In this document: piece by piece, positions 28,384 through 37,537 of the stretch
How positions within the stretch are numbered: position 1 is the first letter of the stretch
Layout of the letters: each line of letters starts with the position of its first letter
IMG/VR virus record: IMGVR_UViG_3300027969_000042
Location: 113,546 to 177,545 of that record
DNA: 64,000 nt
Origin: a virus
Direction: 5' to 3' (one strand)
Translations under genes and position numbers: made by a program
The notes under the pieces: generated by a model
The model's database searches: none
The model's input: the letters and a program-made list of their open reading frames with translations, nothing else
Told to the model about the DNA's origin: nothing

Positions 28384-29073
28384 TTATTTTGTAAAGAAAC
28401 TTTTCAAATGGGTCATTGGATTAGAATCATTTTTTTCAGAATCATCACCATCAAAACTACCATCATGTGTAGCAAGTCCAAAATCCTCTTCTGGATTATT
28501 GTGTCCTGCAATAAAATCAAATACTTCTTCAATATCATCTTTAGAAGATGTAATATGATCAGAAGCCCAATCATGTTCTGTTAGCATTGCATCGATTTCT
28601 GATTTATCCATTTTTAATAATTCATCAACTAATCTTTTGATAGTTTCTAAATTACTAAAAAACATATAATTCTCTTGTTCACTATGTTCTTTAACTGCTT
28701 TAAGTTTACTTAAAGTTTTTGCCAACTCTAATCTTCTTTTTTTAGTAGCATCTTTTTTATCTAATTGAGTACCCGGTTTTTTCTTATCTTTATCCTTAGC
28801 TTTTAATTTAGAAAGTTCTGAGTCTATTTCTTTCTTAGAAATCTTTTCATCATCTTTTTTACCTAAAGATTTTTTTAATGCACCAGGATGTTTAATTGCA
28901 TCTTTGATCCAATTTTTCTTCTCATTGAATTCTTCTGAGTTTTCATCAGTTAGTTCATCAGTTAGTTCATCTGTTTCCTCATCTTTTTCACCATAACACA
29001 TACAATGTTCAATTGGATCTTGACAATTCATACACATTTCCTCTTTATCGAAATTCTCAAATTTCTTAATCAT
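28384..29073 (-). CDS. Hypothetical protein with a capsid-targeting-like N-terminus and a Lys-rich KNWIKDAIKHPGAL segment
   Basis: ORF with a late promoter upstream. Confidence 0.65.
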   Translation of the reverse strand: MIKKFENFDKEEMCMNCQDPIEHCMCYGEKDEETDELTDELTDENSEEFNEKKNWIKDAIKHPGALKKSLGKKDDEKISKKEIDSELSKLKAKDKDKKKPGTQLDKKDATKKRRLELAKTLSKLKAVKEHSEQENYMFFSNLETIKRLVDELLKMDKSEIDAMLTEHDWASDHITSSKDDIEEVFDFIAGHNNPEEDFGLATHDGSFDGDDSEKNDSNPMTHLKSFFTK

Positions 29074-29103
29074 AACTTTTTAATTATTTTTATATACTAT
29101 ATA

Positions 29104-30009
29104 TTAAAGTTTTTTATCGAATAAATATAAATCATATAAAGCATTACCTTTTACATTCTTAATACTTTTTAAAACATCACCAGTTATAGAATCAAGTACT
29201 TTAAAAATACCTAAATTTACTTGCTTATCAGTTAAAACTCTAACTGTATTACCAGGTTGTCCTAATGCACCTAATACAGCAATATACTTATTACCATAAA
29301 TACTTTTTAAGAATGATATTCTTAGACCCGCCATATCTTTATTGTTATTTACATAAACATTTTCAAATGGTTTCATTAAGTCTAATTTAGATTCTTCTGT
29401 TTCTTTAACTTGTATAGAAGCAAAAGTTTTATCTTTTTCACCAATAGTAACTTCTTCTCTGTTTTGAATTTTGTTCTGATTTACAAGTGCTTGTTGATTT
29501 CTTCTAATTTCATTGAAATCTGCTCTAACAACAATACCACCTCTCATACCTTTATCATTCATATTATAACCTGTGGGAGGCAATCTATAGAACGATCCAG
29601 TAAAAGTCATAGAAAGTATCCTATCTGTTCTAAAAAGTCTCCAAATCTTATTTATATGTCTTCTTTGAGATACTGACCATCCATTTAAGTGCCAACCTCT
29701 CAATAACATCTTACCTTTAGATGAACGTCCAAGTACCATAGGGTATATAACTCTCTCGTGACCAGCAAAGTGTTTATCTTTTTCTCCTTTGTAGTTTAGT
29801 AAAAACATCATACCATATTTGATGGCTTTAGTCATTATTTGATCAGAATATTTAATCGGTTGATTGATAGGTATATTCGCAATATCCTTAACATTCTTTA
29901 ATGAAAAACGTGGAATATACTCATTATCTTCTATTAAGTTATAATGTTCTTTAAGAACAAACTCAACAGGTTTATTATTATAAAAGTCTCTAAGTTGTTT
30001 TAAATTCAT
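29104..30009 (-). CDS. WYL-like domain protein
   Basis: LNYKG...ERVIYPMVLG...LLRGW...WRLFRTDRI. Confidence 0.6.
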   Translation of the reverse strand: MNLKQLRDFYNNKPVEFVLKEHYNLIEDNEYIPRFSLKNVKDIANIPINQPIKYSDQIMTKAIKYGMMFLLNYKGEKDKHFAGHERVIYPMVLGRSSKGKMLLRGWHLNGWSVSQRRHINKIWRLFRTDRILSMTFTGSFYRLPPTGYNMNDKGMRGGIVVRADFNEIRRNQQALVNQNKIQNREEVTIGEKDKTFASIQVKETEESKLDLMKPFENVYVNNNKDMAGLRISFLKSIYGNKYIAVLGALGQPGNTVRVLTDKQVNLGIFKVLDSITGDVLKSIKNVKGNALYDLYLFDKKL

Positions 30010-30042
30010 AAACTATATATTAAATACATAATTCCTAAAAAC

Positions 30043-30074
30043 AAAAAAGAGAAACATTTCTGTTTCTCTTTTTT
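30043..30074 (-). terminator. Intrinsic terminator
   Basis: AAAAAAGAGAAACA...TGTTTCTCTTTTTT. Confidence 0.75.
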
Positions 30075-30118
30075 CACATCAAACAAAATGATTGAAAAAT
30101 TGTCAGTGTTTTTTTTGA

Positions 30119-30307
30119 TTACTTAACTACTTCAGTAGTTTTAGTAGTATCAACAGCAGTTGAATCTAAAGCAGTTGAATCAACTTTAGTAGTGTCAACA
30201 GCAGTTGAATCAACAGTTGTTGTAGTTGCATCTACAGTTTCAGTTTTTTTGCAAGATGTTAAAGAAATTGCAGTGATTGCCATTACAGCGAATAATACTT
30301 TTTTCAT
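30119..30307 (-). CDS. Small Bacteroidota-type lipoprotein
   Basis: Signal MKKVLFAVMAITAISLTS-C, then KKTE and DSTAVDTTK repeats; start at 30307. Confidence 0.85.
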   Translation of the reverse strand: MKKVLFAVMAITAISLTSCKKTETVDATTTTVDSTAVDTTKVDSTALDSTAVDTTKTTEVVK

Positions 30308-30425
30308 AGTTTTTTTGTTTTTTAATTTTTTTACATGATTATATATCATGAAAATTATCTTTTGTTTAGTAAAAAGTGAAAATATTTTTTTAATATATAG
30401 TTCTAATAAAAAACACAATTAAATA

Positions 30426-31148
30426 ATGTCAATAAACAGTAGAGAGGATGCAAATAAATATTATCAAGTAGTAAATAAGCTAGTTGATGAGTATATTGAT
30501 AAGTGGAAGATTAAACCTACTAATTTAAAAAGATATTTAAAGAATGGTTCTGATAAATTTGAAAAGTTTATAGATAGAAATGGTTTAAAAGATATAAATG
30601 GTATTAAACAGGTTATAAATGATGTTATTGAAGATAGAGTTCATATGGAATCAGATGGAGTTTTAACATTTGAAAGATTTAAAGTGTTTGAGTCAGATGA
30701 ATTTAAAATTACTTCAATTATTCAATGTCTTTATAAAGGTATTGGTAAAACTGATATTAAAGCTGAGAAGTTTTTAGCAGATCATTTTGATGCAAATTTA
30801 AGTCAGATAGATATAGTTGATACAGATAAACATATGTTTAAAATTAGTAATTGGGAAAATGAAGATCTATTAGTAATTGTTTACAATAAAGATGAATTTG
30901 ATATTATTAAAGAGAATATTAAAGAGTATTTGTATGATGAACTTCTTAAACAACAAATTGATCTAATTGTTGGAGTATCTTTAAAACTAAATACAGTTGT
31001 GGATAAAGATAAATTCGATACAGATATAGAATCTAAATTGACTGATAATTTAATAACTGATTTAATAAATGATTCTCTTGAGATGAACTATACAAAGTTT
31101 GACTTTGAGAAAACGGATGATTATTATCTTTGGATTAAGAAACAATAA
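30426..31148 (+). CDS. Hypothetical late protein
   Basis: ORF between a late promoter and a terminator. Confidence 0.65.
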   Translation: MSINSREDANKYYQVVNKLVDEYIDKWKIKPTNLKRYLKNGSDKFEKFIDRNGLKDINGIKQVINDVIEDRVHMESDGVLTFERFKVFESDEFKITSIIQCLYKGIGKTDIKAEKFLADHFDANLSQIDIVDTDKHMFKISNWENEDLLVIVYNKDEFDIIKENIKEYLYDELLKQQIDLIVGVSLKLNTVVDKDKFDTDIESKLTDNLITDLINDSLEMNYTKFDFEKTDDYYLWIKKQ

Positions 31149-31150
31149 AT

Positions 31151-31177
31151 AAAAAGAGAGTTTAACTCTCTTTTTTT
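31151..31177 (+). terminator. Intrinsic terminator
   Basis: AAAAAGAGAG...CTCTCTTTTT. Confidence 0.75.
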
Positions 31178-31198
31178 ATTATTATGAAAATAATATTT

Positions 31199-31207
31199 TA
31201 ATATATA
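31199..31207 (+). promoter_or_regulatory. Putative late promoter TAATATATA (tail-fibre operon)
   Basis: Lies between a terminator and the ATG at 31228. Confidence 0.6.
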
Positions 31208-31227
31208 CATAAAAACATTAATTATAT

Positions 31228-32247
31228 ATGTCATTTTTATACAAATATGGTACTGCGAGTAATTACGAATCTAAACGTTGGTCAACCGTACAGAATTTAT
31301 TAGATCAAATAAAAGATAATAATGCGAATTTGATTTTTGCAAATCATGTAAGAGATGCAGTATTTACTTTATGGGAGAGAGTAAGTGATGTTGAAATAAC
31401 TGTGGCATCTGCTTCATTAGCTTCGCCATATTTTCAAAATCCAAATCCCACAACTATTGGAGTTGGTGGTATTCCAGAAGGAACAACATTCTCTACTCCA
31501 CACACGATACAACAAATGTTTGATGCTCTTTTATATCCATATGCGGCACCAATATTAAGTTTATCTACTATAGCCAATAAAGAATATGGTCAACCTCTAA
31601 ATTCTACAATAACTTGGAGTGTTATTAAAAAGTCTAATACAATTACATCAATTAATGTTGATGGTCAAATAATATTTCCAGTAAATGGTGGTGATCAAAG
31701 TGGAACAAAGGTAGTAACAGGAACATGGAGTACTCCAGCGGTTTCTACTCCAAATACTTTTACAATGACAGTTAGTGATGGATCAACAACGACAACAAGT
31801 ACATCGTACGAGTGGATGAATAAAATATATTGGGGAAGATTAGATCTGACATCAATATTAAATCCAGACTTATCAGATCCTATTACACGTAATTCACGTA
31901 TAGCAACAATAGTATCAAATTTTTTCCCTACATCTAATAGTGGAAGTTTACTAATTCGAGGATTGACCGGAGCAGGTGTTTCTCCAGGTAATATGTTATC
32001 TAAAGTAAAGAATAAAACTTATGCCAATATAAATGGTGCTGGTGGATATTTATTATTTGCTTGGCCAAGTAATGTTCCAAATGCAACAACACCTGCATTT
32101 TCAGTAAATGGACTTACAAGTACGGGTTTTAGTAGACTATTAACTGGTTTTAGTTTTATAAACACACATGGTATTATAACAAACTATGAAGTTTGGATAT
32201 CAAATACTGCACAGAATTCACCATTGAATCCTGTAATAATAAGTTAA
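31228..32247 (+). CDS. Putative virion/tail-fibre-associated protein
   Basis: Thr/Ser/Gly-rich, beta-rich; directly upstream of the tail fibre gene; late promoter. Confidence 0.55.
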   Translation: MSFLYKYGTASNYESKRWSTVQNLLDQIKDNNANLIFANHVRDAVFTLWERVSDVEITVASASLASPYFQNPNPTTIGVGGIPEGTTFSTPHTIQQMFDALLYPYAAPILSLSTIANKEYGQPLNSTITWSVIKKSNTITSINVDGQIIFPVNGGDQSGTKVVTGTWSTPAVSTPNTFTMTVSDGSTTTTSTSYEWMNKIYWGRLDLTSILNPDLSDPITRNSRIATIVSNFFPTSNSGSLLIRGLTGAGVSPGNMLSKVKNKTYANINGAGGYLLFAWPSNVPNATTPAFSVNGLTSTGFSRLLTGFSFINTHGIITNYEVWISNTAQNSPLNPVIIS

Positions 32248-32265
32248 AAAAAATATAGAATATAA

Positions 32266-35200
32266 ATGTCACAAAATATAGGAACTTTAGTATCATCCGC
32301 AATTCGTCCAAATGATTCATTAGATCAAATTGCCTCAGCATTTGCCAATGAAATAAAAGGTGGTGCTCACGGGTATGAAACGTATGATGATATGAATAAC
32401 ATAATAGAAGCGAGAAGAGAATGGGGAATGTTAGTAACTGTTTATAATGATTCCGATTCTGATCTTAACGGCACATATCAGCTTAAATATGGTAATACTA
32501 ATAACAATGTGTTCGATATATTAGATAATTCAAATTGGGTAAAACTCAATTTAGGTGATAATGCATCAACTGAATGGGTTGACTCAGTAATTTCAATTCT
32601 AAGTATTGAGCCTACATTAGAACCTTTTCCAGGTGACAGATACTTATTAGCAACTATACCAAATTTACTTCCATCAGGTACAAACTGGGATAATTATTCA
32701 TACGGAACAATAATTGTAGAGTATAGTAACATAGGTACATGGAAGCTTACTATTCCAACTAATGGTATGACTGTTAGAGTTGATAATGATGATAATTCAA
32801 TTTATAAATATGAGGGTAATTATCCTACTGGAATATGGAAACAAGAGAAGACAACACAAGTATTTTATATTGAACCAACTTCAATAGGTGGTTTAACCTA
32901 CTCAGTAAGTACAGATCCAATATTTAATGCATATAGTAGAGACTTAATATTTTTAACTAAATTTAATACTGCTAATACTGGTACTGCATCAATCAATATA
33001 AATGGATTAGGATATAGAAATATTAAAATTGCAACTAAAAATGGAGTAAGAGATCTTATAATAAGTGATATTGTAACAAATGGTATTTATAGTTTAACAT
33101 ATAATGGAACTTACTTTCAAATGACTAAACCATTTCCATCAGATAGTTATAACATCGAGTATTATATTGGACCAGGTGAGGTTGTTACTGTTCAAGAATA
33201 TGAACAATATTGGGTTTATGGTGATTTAACAATAGACGGGGGTGTAATGCAAAACTATGGTCATGTAGTTGTGGCAAATGGTTCAGTAAATCTTGTAAAT
33301 AGTGGAGTTTTTAATAATAATGGGTCAGGTGAGTTGATTTTAGTTGACTTATTTAACACTCCTATTTTTAATACAACAGATACTATTCAATTATCATCCG
33401 TGATGACCATAAATGGTCCTTCTGTTTCTGCAATAGTTTTAAACAATAGTTTAACACCGTCACATATAAATTCGGTAAATACTGCAACTGCAAGTTGGAT
33501 TCTTTCTAATAATGGAAGTTCATTTGAGTGGGTTTTACCAACATCAGTTAGTGGTACAGTAAGCCAAGGAGTAACAGGTGCAACAGGACCTCAAGGAGCA
33601 ACAGGACCTCAAGGAGCAACAGGTTCACCAGGAGAAATGGGTGCAACAGGACCTCAAGGAGCAACAGGTTCACCAGGAGAAATGGGTGCAACAGGAGCAG
33701 GTGTTACATCTTCATTTTATTTGAAAGGAACATCTAACTATTCATATGATACAACATCTGATATTTACAGAACTGGATCAATAAATATTGGAACAGGAAC
33801 TGCTACTGATGGTAGATTTGTTGTTTCATCTTCTGGTGGTACGACTTCACTAGTAGTTGATGAAAGTGGAAATATTTATAACTATAGTATTAATCTTAAT
33901 ACTAAGTTTGGTTATCAATCATTAAATTCTGTAACAAGTAGTTTCATATCTATGGGTCAATTTAATGTAGCAATTGGTTATCAATCATTATATTCCACTA
34001 CATCTGGTGCTAGTAATACGGGACTTGGTGTGATTTCATTATATTCAAACACAACTGGATATAATAATACTGCTCTTGGTTTTATTTCATTAAGTCAGAA
34101 TACAACTGGATATAATAATGTTGCGATTGGAAGTAATACATTAAGTAGTAACACAACTGGATATCTTAATACTGCACTTGGAAACGCGGCATTATTTAAA
34201 AATACAACTGGATATTATAATATAGCACTTGGTTTTTATTCGGGTAGTACTATATCAGGAACAGGAGATATAAATACAGGAATTGGTGTAACAAACTCAA
34301 ATAATTCTATCTTTATAGGTTATGATACAAGACCTTCTGCAGGAAATAATACAAATGAAATAGTAATTGGACATGGTGCCACAGGAAATGGTTCTAATAC
34401 AGCTACTTTAGGTAATAATGATATAACAAAAACGTATCTAAAAGGCACAATAAATGGAGATTCTTTTGTAAAAAATGGTGGAACTTCATCTCAATATTTG
34501 ATGGCCGATGGTAGTGTATCATTAGGACCAAGTTTTTCAGGATTGCCTCTTTCAGGAGGAACATTAACAGGTCCATTAAGTGGAACTAGAGCATCTTTTT
34601 CACAATCATCATCTTTAGATACATTATTTGCGTATAATGGAACAACTAATGCAACGGCTATTAGTGGTGGTGCTGCTAATGGTATTAGTGGATATTTTGC
34701 AAATAATTCAACTACAAATCCTGTACTGAAATTATTAGGTTTATCTTCAACTACACTGATTGATGGTAGAAATACTAGTGATGTAACTACTTTTTCTGTA
34801 ACATCAGCTGGTAAAGTAACCGGAACTTCTTTTGTAAAAAGTGGTGGAACTTCATCTGAATATTTGATGGCCGATGGTTCAACAACTATAGTAAATAGAT
34901 TGTTTAATTTCTCTTCTAATACTTACCAAACTGTTTCTGGAACTGTATCAGCTACTTCCTCTGTAATGTCTTCAAGTATATTTAGTACTGGTGATGTATT
35001 AAGAGTGCAAAGTATAATTACTTTAAGTGTTGCTTCTACAGCTACTGCATCAATTTCATACTTTATAAATTCCACCGAATCACTTATTGGTGCCACACAA
35101 ATAGCTACTTATGATGGACCAGTAGGTAATAGATTTATATGGACAGATAGAAATTTCTGGTCAGTAGGAGGAACGTTTAATTCAAGAAATTTTGGAAACT

Positions 35201-35340
35201 CATCACAGACATCGGTATCTAATAGTAGTGCGTCATTAGGATCAGTTGCAATACCAAGTACATTTTATATATTAGTAACTGTAAAAACAACTGGAACTGA
35301 TTTGGCATGTATATCCTCAGTTGTAATACAAAAATTATAA
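32266..35340 (+). CDS. Tail fibre / receptor-binding protein
   Basis: Collagen G-X-Y segment, NTTGYxNTALG repeats and duplicated FVKxGGTSSxYLMADGS motifs. Confidence 0.75.
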   Translation: MSQNIGTLVSSAIRPNDSLDQIASAFANEIKGGAHGYETYDDMNNIIEARREWGMLVTVYNDSDSDLNGTYQLKYGNTNNNVFDILDNSNWVKLNLGDNASTEWVDSVISILSIEPTLEPFPGDRYLLATIPNLLPSGTNWDNYSYGTIIVEYSNIGTWKLTIPTNGMTVRVDNDDNSIYKYEGNYPTGIWKQEKTTQVFYIEPTSIGGLTYSVSTDPIFNAYSRDLIFLTKFNTANTGTASININGLGYRNIKIATKNGVRDLIISDIVTNGIYSLTYNGTYFQMTKPFPSDSYNIEYYIGPGEVVTVQEYEQYWVYGDLTIDGGVMQNYGHVVVANGSVNLVNSGVFNNNGSGELILVDLFNTPIFNTTDTIQLSSVMTINGPSVSAIVLNNSLTPSHINSVNTATASWILSNNGSSFEWVLPTSVSGTVSQGVTGATGPQGATGPQGATGSPGEMGATGPQGATGSPGEMGATGAGVTSSFYLKGTSNYSYDTTSDIYRTGSINIGTGTATDGRFVVSSSGGTTSLVVDESGNIYNYSINLNTKFGYQSLNSVTSSFISMGQFNVAIGYQSLYSTTSGASNTGLGVISLYSNTTGYNNTALGFISLSQNTTGYNNVAIGSNTLSSNTTGYLNTALGNAALFKNTTGYYNIALGFYSGSTISGTGDINTGIGVTNSNNSIFIGYDTRPSAGNNTNEIVIGHGATGNGSNTATLGNNDITKTYLKGTINGDSFVKNGGTSSQYLMADGSVSLGPSFSGLPLSGGTLTGPLSGTRASFSQSSSLDTLFAYNGTTNATAISGGAANGISGYFANNSTTNPVLKLLGLSSTTLIDGRNTSDVTTFSVTSAGKVTGTSFVKSGGTSSEYLMADGSTTIVNRLFNFSSNTYQTVSGTVSATSSVMSSSIFSTGDVLRVQSIITLSVASTATASISYFINSTESLIGATQIATYDGPVGNRFIWTDRNFWSVGGTFNSRNFGNSSQTSVSNSSASLGSVAIPSTFYILVTVKTTGTDLACISSVVIQKL
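33568..33702 (+). repeat. Collagen-like tandem repeat (GATGPQ / GSPGEM units)
   Basis: Tandem ggagcaacaggacctcaa-type units visible in the DNA. Confidence 0.9.
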
Positions 35341-35353
35341 ACAATAGAAATCT

Positions 35354-36094
35354 ATGAAGAAATATTTTGAATTTGTACAAGCTGATTTTGAACCAGTAAA
35401 ATCATTTCATTTAAAAGATGAATTGAATCCTAAATTATGGACTGATTTTGAACTTGATCAAGAGGTTAGAGAAGATTTATTAAGAATTGCACAAGACTTT
35501 TATAATTCTACCGATTTAAACGTAGATGTTAAAGATGTCATTCTAACAGGTTCATTATCAAACTATAACTGGTCAGAAAAATATTCTGATTATGATTTAC
35601 ATATCTTAATAAACTTCAATGAAGTAAGTGAAGATGTTGAACTAGTTAAAAAATATGTTGATGCTGCGAAAAACAACTTCAATAAAGATCATGACATTTT
35701 AATAAGAGGTTATGAAGTAGAAGTTTATATACAAGATGTTTCAGAACCACATAAAGCAACTGGAATGTTTTCATTACTCAACAATAGATGGATTGTAAAA
35801 CCAGAGAAAGTTGATTTTACACCTGATGATGATGAAATCAGAGAGAAAGGTAAGTCAGTAATGATGCTGGTTGATGATTTAGAAGATGAAGTAGACGAAG
35901 ATAAGTACGAACAATTTAGTGAAAAGATTAAAAAAGTTTGGGAGAAGATAAAAAACTACAGAAAAAGTGGTTTAGATAGTGAAGGTGGTGAACTTTCATT
36001 AGGTAATTTAGTATTTAAACTACTAAGAAGAAATGGGTATATTGAAAAAGTTATGAAACTTAAAAGATATGCTTATGATAAACAATTTGAATAA
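35354..36094 (+). CDS. Pol-beta-superfamily nucleotidyltransferase
   Basis: LTGSLSNYNW...SDYDLH (GS and DxD), plus EVEVY. Confidence 0.8.
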   Translation: MKKYFEFVQADFEPVKSFHLKDELNPKLWTDFELDQEVREDLLRIAQDFYNSTDLNVDVKDVILTGSLSNYNWSEKYSDYDLHILINFNEVSEDVELVKKYVDAAKNNFNKDHDILIRGYEVEVYIQDVSEPHKATGMFSLLNNRWIVKPEKVDFTPDDDEIREKGKSVMMLVDDLEDEVDEDKYEQFSEKIKKVWEKIKNYRKSGLDSEGGELSLGNLVFKLLRRNGYIEKVMKLKRYAYDKQFE

Positions 36095-36096
36095 TT

Positions 36097-36801
36097 ATGA
36101 ACATTAGAATATCAGAGATAGAAGAAGCATTTAAAGAGATTTTCAGTGAAGAAGAAGGTGTAGTTACATCAATCGACACCGTTTATGAAAAGTCTGATGA
36201 TGGGCAGTTTTTAAAACTTGTAATTTGTTTACACGGTTTATCAACTGAAGACATATCTATTATACACACCAAATTTATATTTAAAACTGATCTAAATAAA
36301 AGAAATATTATAGATAATTCATTTATTTACTTATATGATATAAACTGTGTTTATCATAAAATAGAATTTACTAGTATTATTGATATGAAAAAGAAAATTG
36401 ATGATATTATTGAATCAAATAACTTTGGAGAAGATATACAAATACTTTCCGACTTTATTGAAGCACCTGCGATGTTCTTAAATTACTATATGAAAAGAGC
36501 AAAGATTACCGAGTATTCAGTATTTGAAGTTGAGTATGAACCTAAGTTTAAAATGGTTTCTTGTGATAAAACTACATTCGACTTTAAAGTAAATATAAAT
36601 AATAGTTATGATATTGAATTATCAATACATAAAATTGATAAAGACATTACAGAAGATCCAGAAGATCAGGATAAATATAAATTCCAATTTAGATTTATGG
36701 ATGAAATAGAAACGATTGAAGTTGATGGAATAAAAAACATTCACTATTTAATTGGTTCAAATATTGCCAAATTATTAGATAGAAAATTAAAAAATCAATA
36801 A
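36097..36801 (+). CDS. Hypothetical protein
   Basis: Co-directional ORF in the same operon. Confidence 0.65.
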   Translation: MNIRISEIEEAFKEIFSEEEGVVTSIDTVYEKSDDGQFLKLVICLHGLSTEDISIIHTKFIFKTDLNKRNIIDNSFIYLYDINCVYHKIEFTSIIDMKKKIDDIIESNNFGEDIQILSDFIEAPAMFLNYYMKRAKITEYSVFEVEYEPKFKMVSCDKTTFDFKVNINNSYDIELSIHKIDKDITEDPEDQDKYKFQFRFMDEIETIEVDGIKNIHYLIGSNIAKLLDRKLKNQ

Positions 36802-36806
36802 AAAAT

Positions 36807-37508
36807 ATGAGTAGAATTAAGAAATATGAGGACTTTCTAAACGAAGGTAAAATTACACAATTTGTATTAAAAACATTACTTAATACAAGTGGATATATCC
36901 AATCTATTATTAAAAGAATAAAAGGTACTTATATACCATTTACTTTCAAAGATAAAAAGGTGGAAAATGATTTTGAAAATAAAATGTTTGAACTATTTGA
37001 TTATTCAGTATTTGATACTATTAAATACCATTTTACTAAAAATCAAAAAGAAATGGCAAATAAAACATCACTTTCTGATTTAATCAAATCGAGAACTGGT
37101 GTTGATGTTTATCAATTATCGGACTCTATTTTAGGTCTATTAAAAATAGAGAATATTAAAGTTGCAGAAGGTAAGGAAGAAGAAGCAAATAAAGTATTAC
37201 AAAATGCAATAGATACCACTAAGAAAATGATTTCATTTATTAAAAAGATTGATGATGAAATTGAGGATGATAGACAATTTATGAAAGATCTTAAAGATTT
37301 AGGAGAATTATTTAAAGGATTAGATCCAAGAACTTCAAATCTAAGAGATAAAGATGATACTTTAGCTGCGTTTGATAAAGTTGGTAGTAAACTAGATGAT
37401 ATGCAAGAACCAAAAGAATTAGATGATATACTTGATAAGATAAGTAAATTCGGTATGAGTTCTTTAACTGAGAAAGAAAAAGATGATTTAGAGAAGTTAA
37501 GTAAATAA
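36807..37508 (+). CDS. Hypothetical protein with a C-terminal DUF6576-like motif
   Basis: LDDILDKISKFGMSSLTEKEKDDL; N-terminus MSRIKKYEDFLNEG. Confidence 0.65.
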   Translation: MSRIKKYEDFLNEGKITQFVLKTLLNTSGYIQSIIKRIKGTYIPFTFKDKKVENDFENKMFELFDYSVFDTIKYHFTKNQKEMANKTSLSDLIKSRTGVDVYQLSDSILGLLKIENIKVAEGKEEEANKVLQNAIDTTKKMISFIKKIDDEIEDDRQFMKDLKDLGELFKGLDPRTSNLRDKDDTLAAFDKVGSKLDDMQEPKELDDILDKISKFGMSSLTEKEKDDLEKLSK

Positions 37509-37510
37509 AT

Positions 37511-37537
37511 AAAAAAGAGGATTATAAATCCTCTTTT
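37511..37537. terminator. Bidirectional intrinsic terminator
   Basis: AAAAGAGGAT...ATCCTCTTTT. Confidence 0.8.

Noticed and set aside
30308-30418. Upstream-extended starts in the ORF track (also 11094..11141, 24578..24658, 45313..45351)
   Set aside because: The extensions run through promoter and A/T-tract DNA; downstream ATGs give better N-termini (signal peptide or targeting motif).
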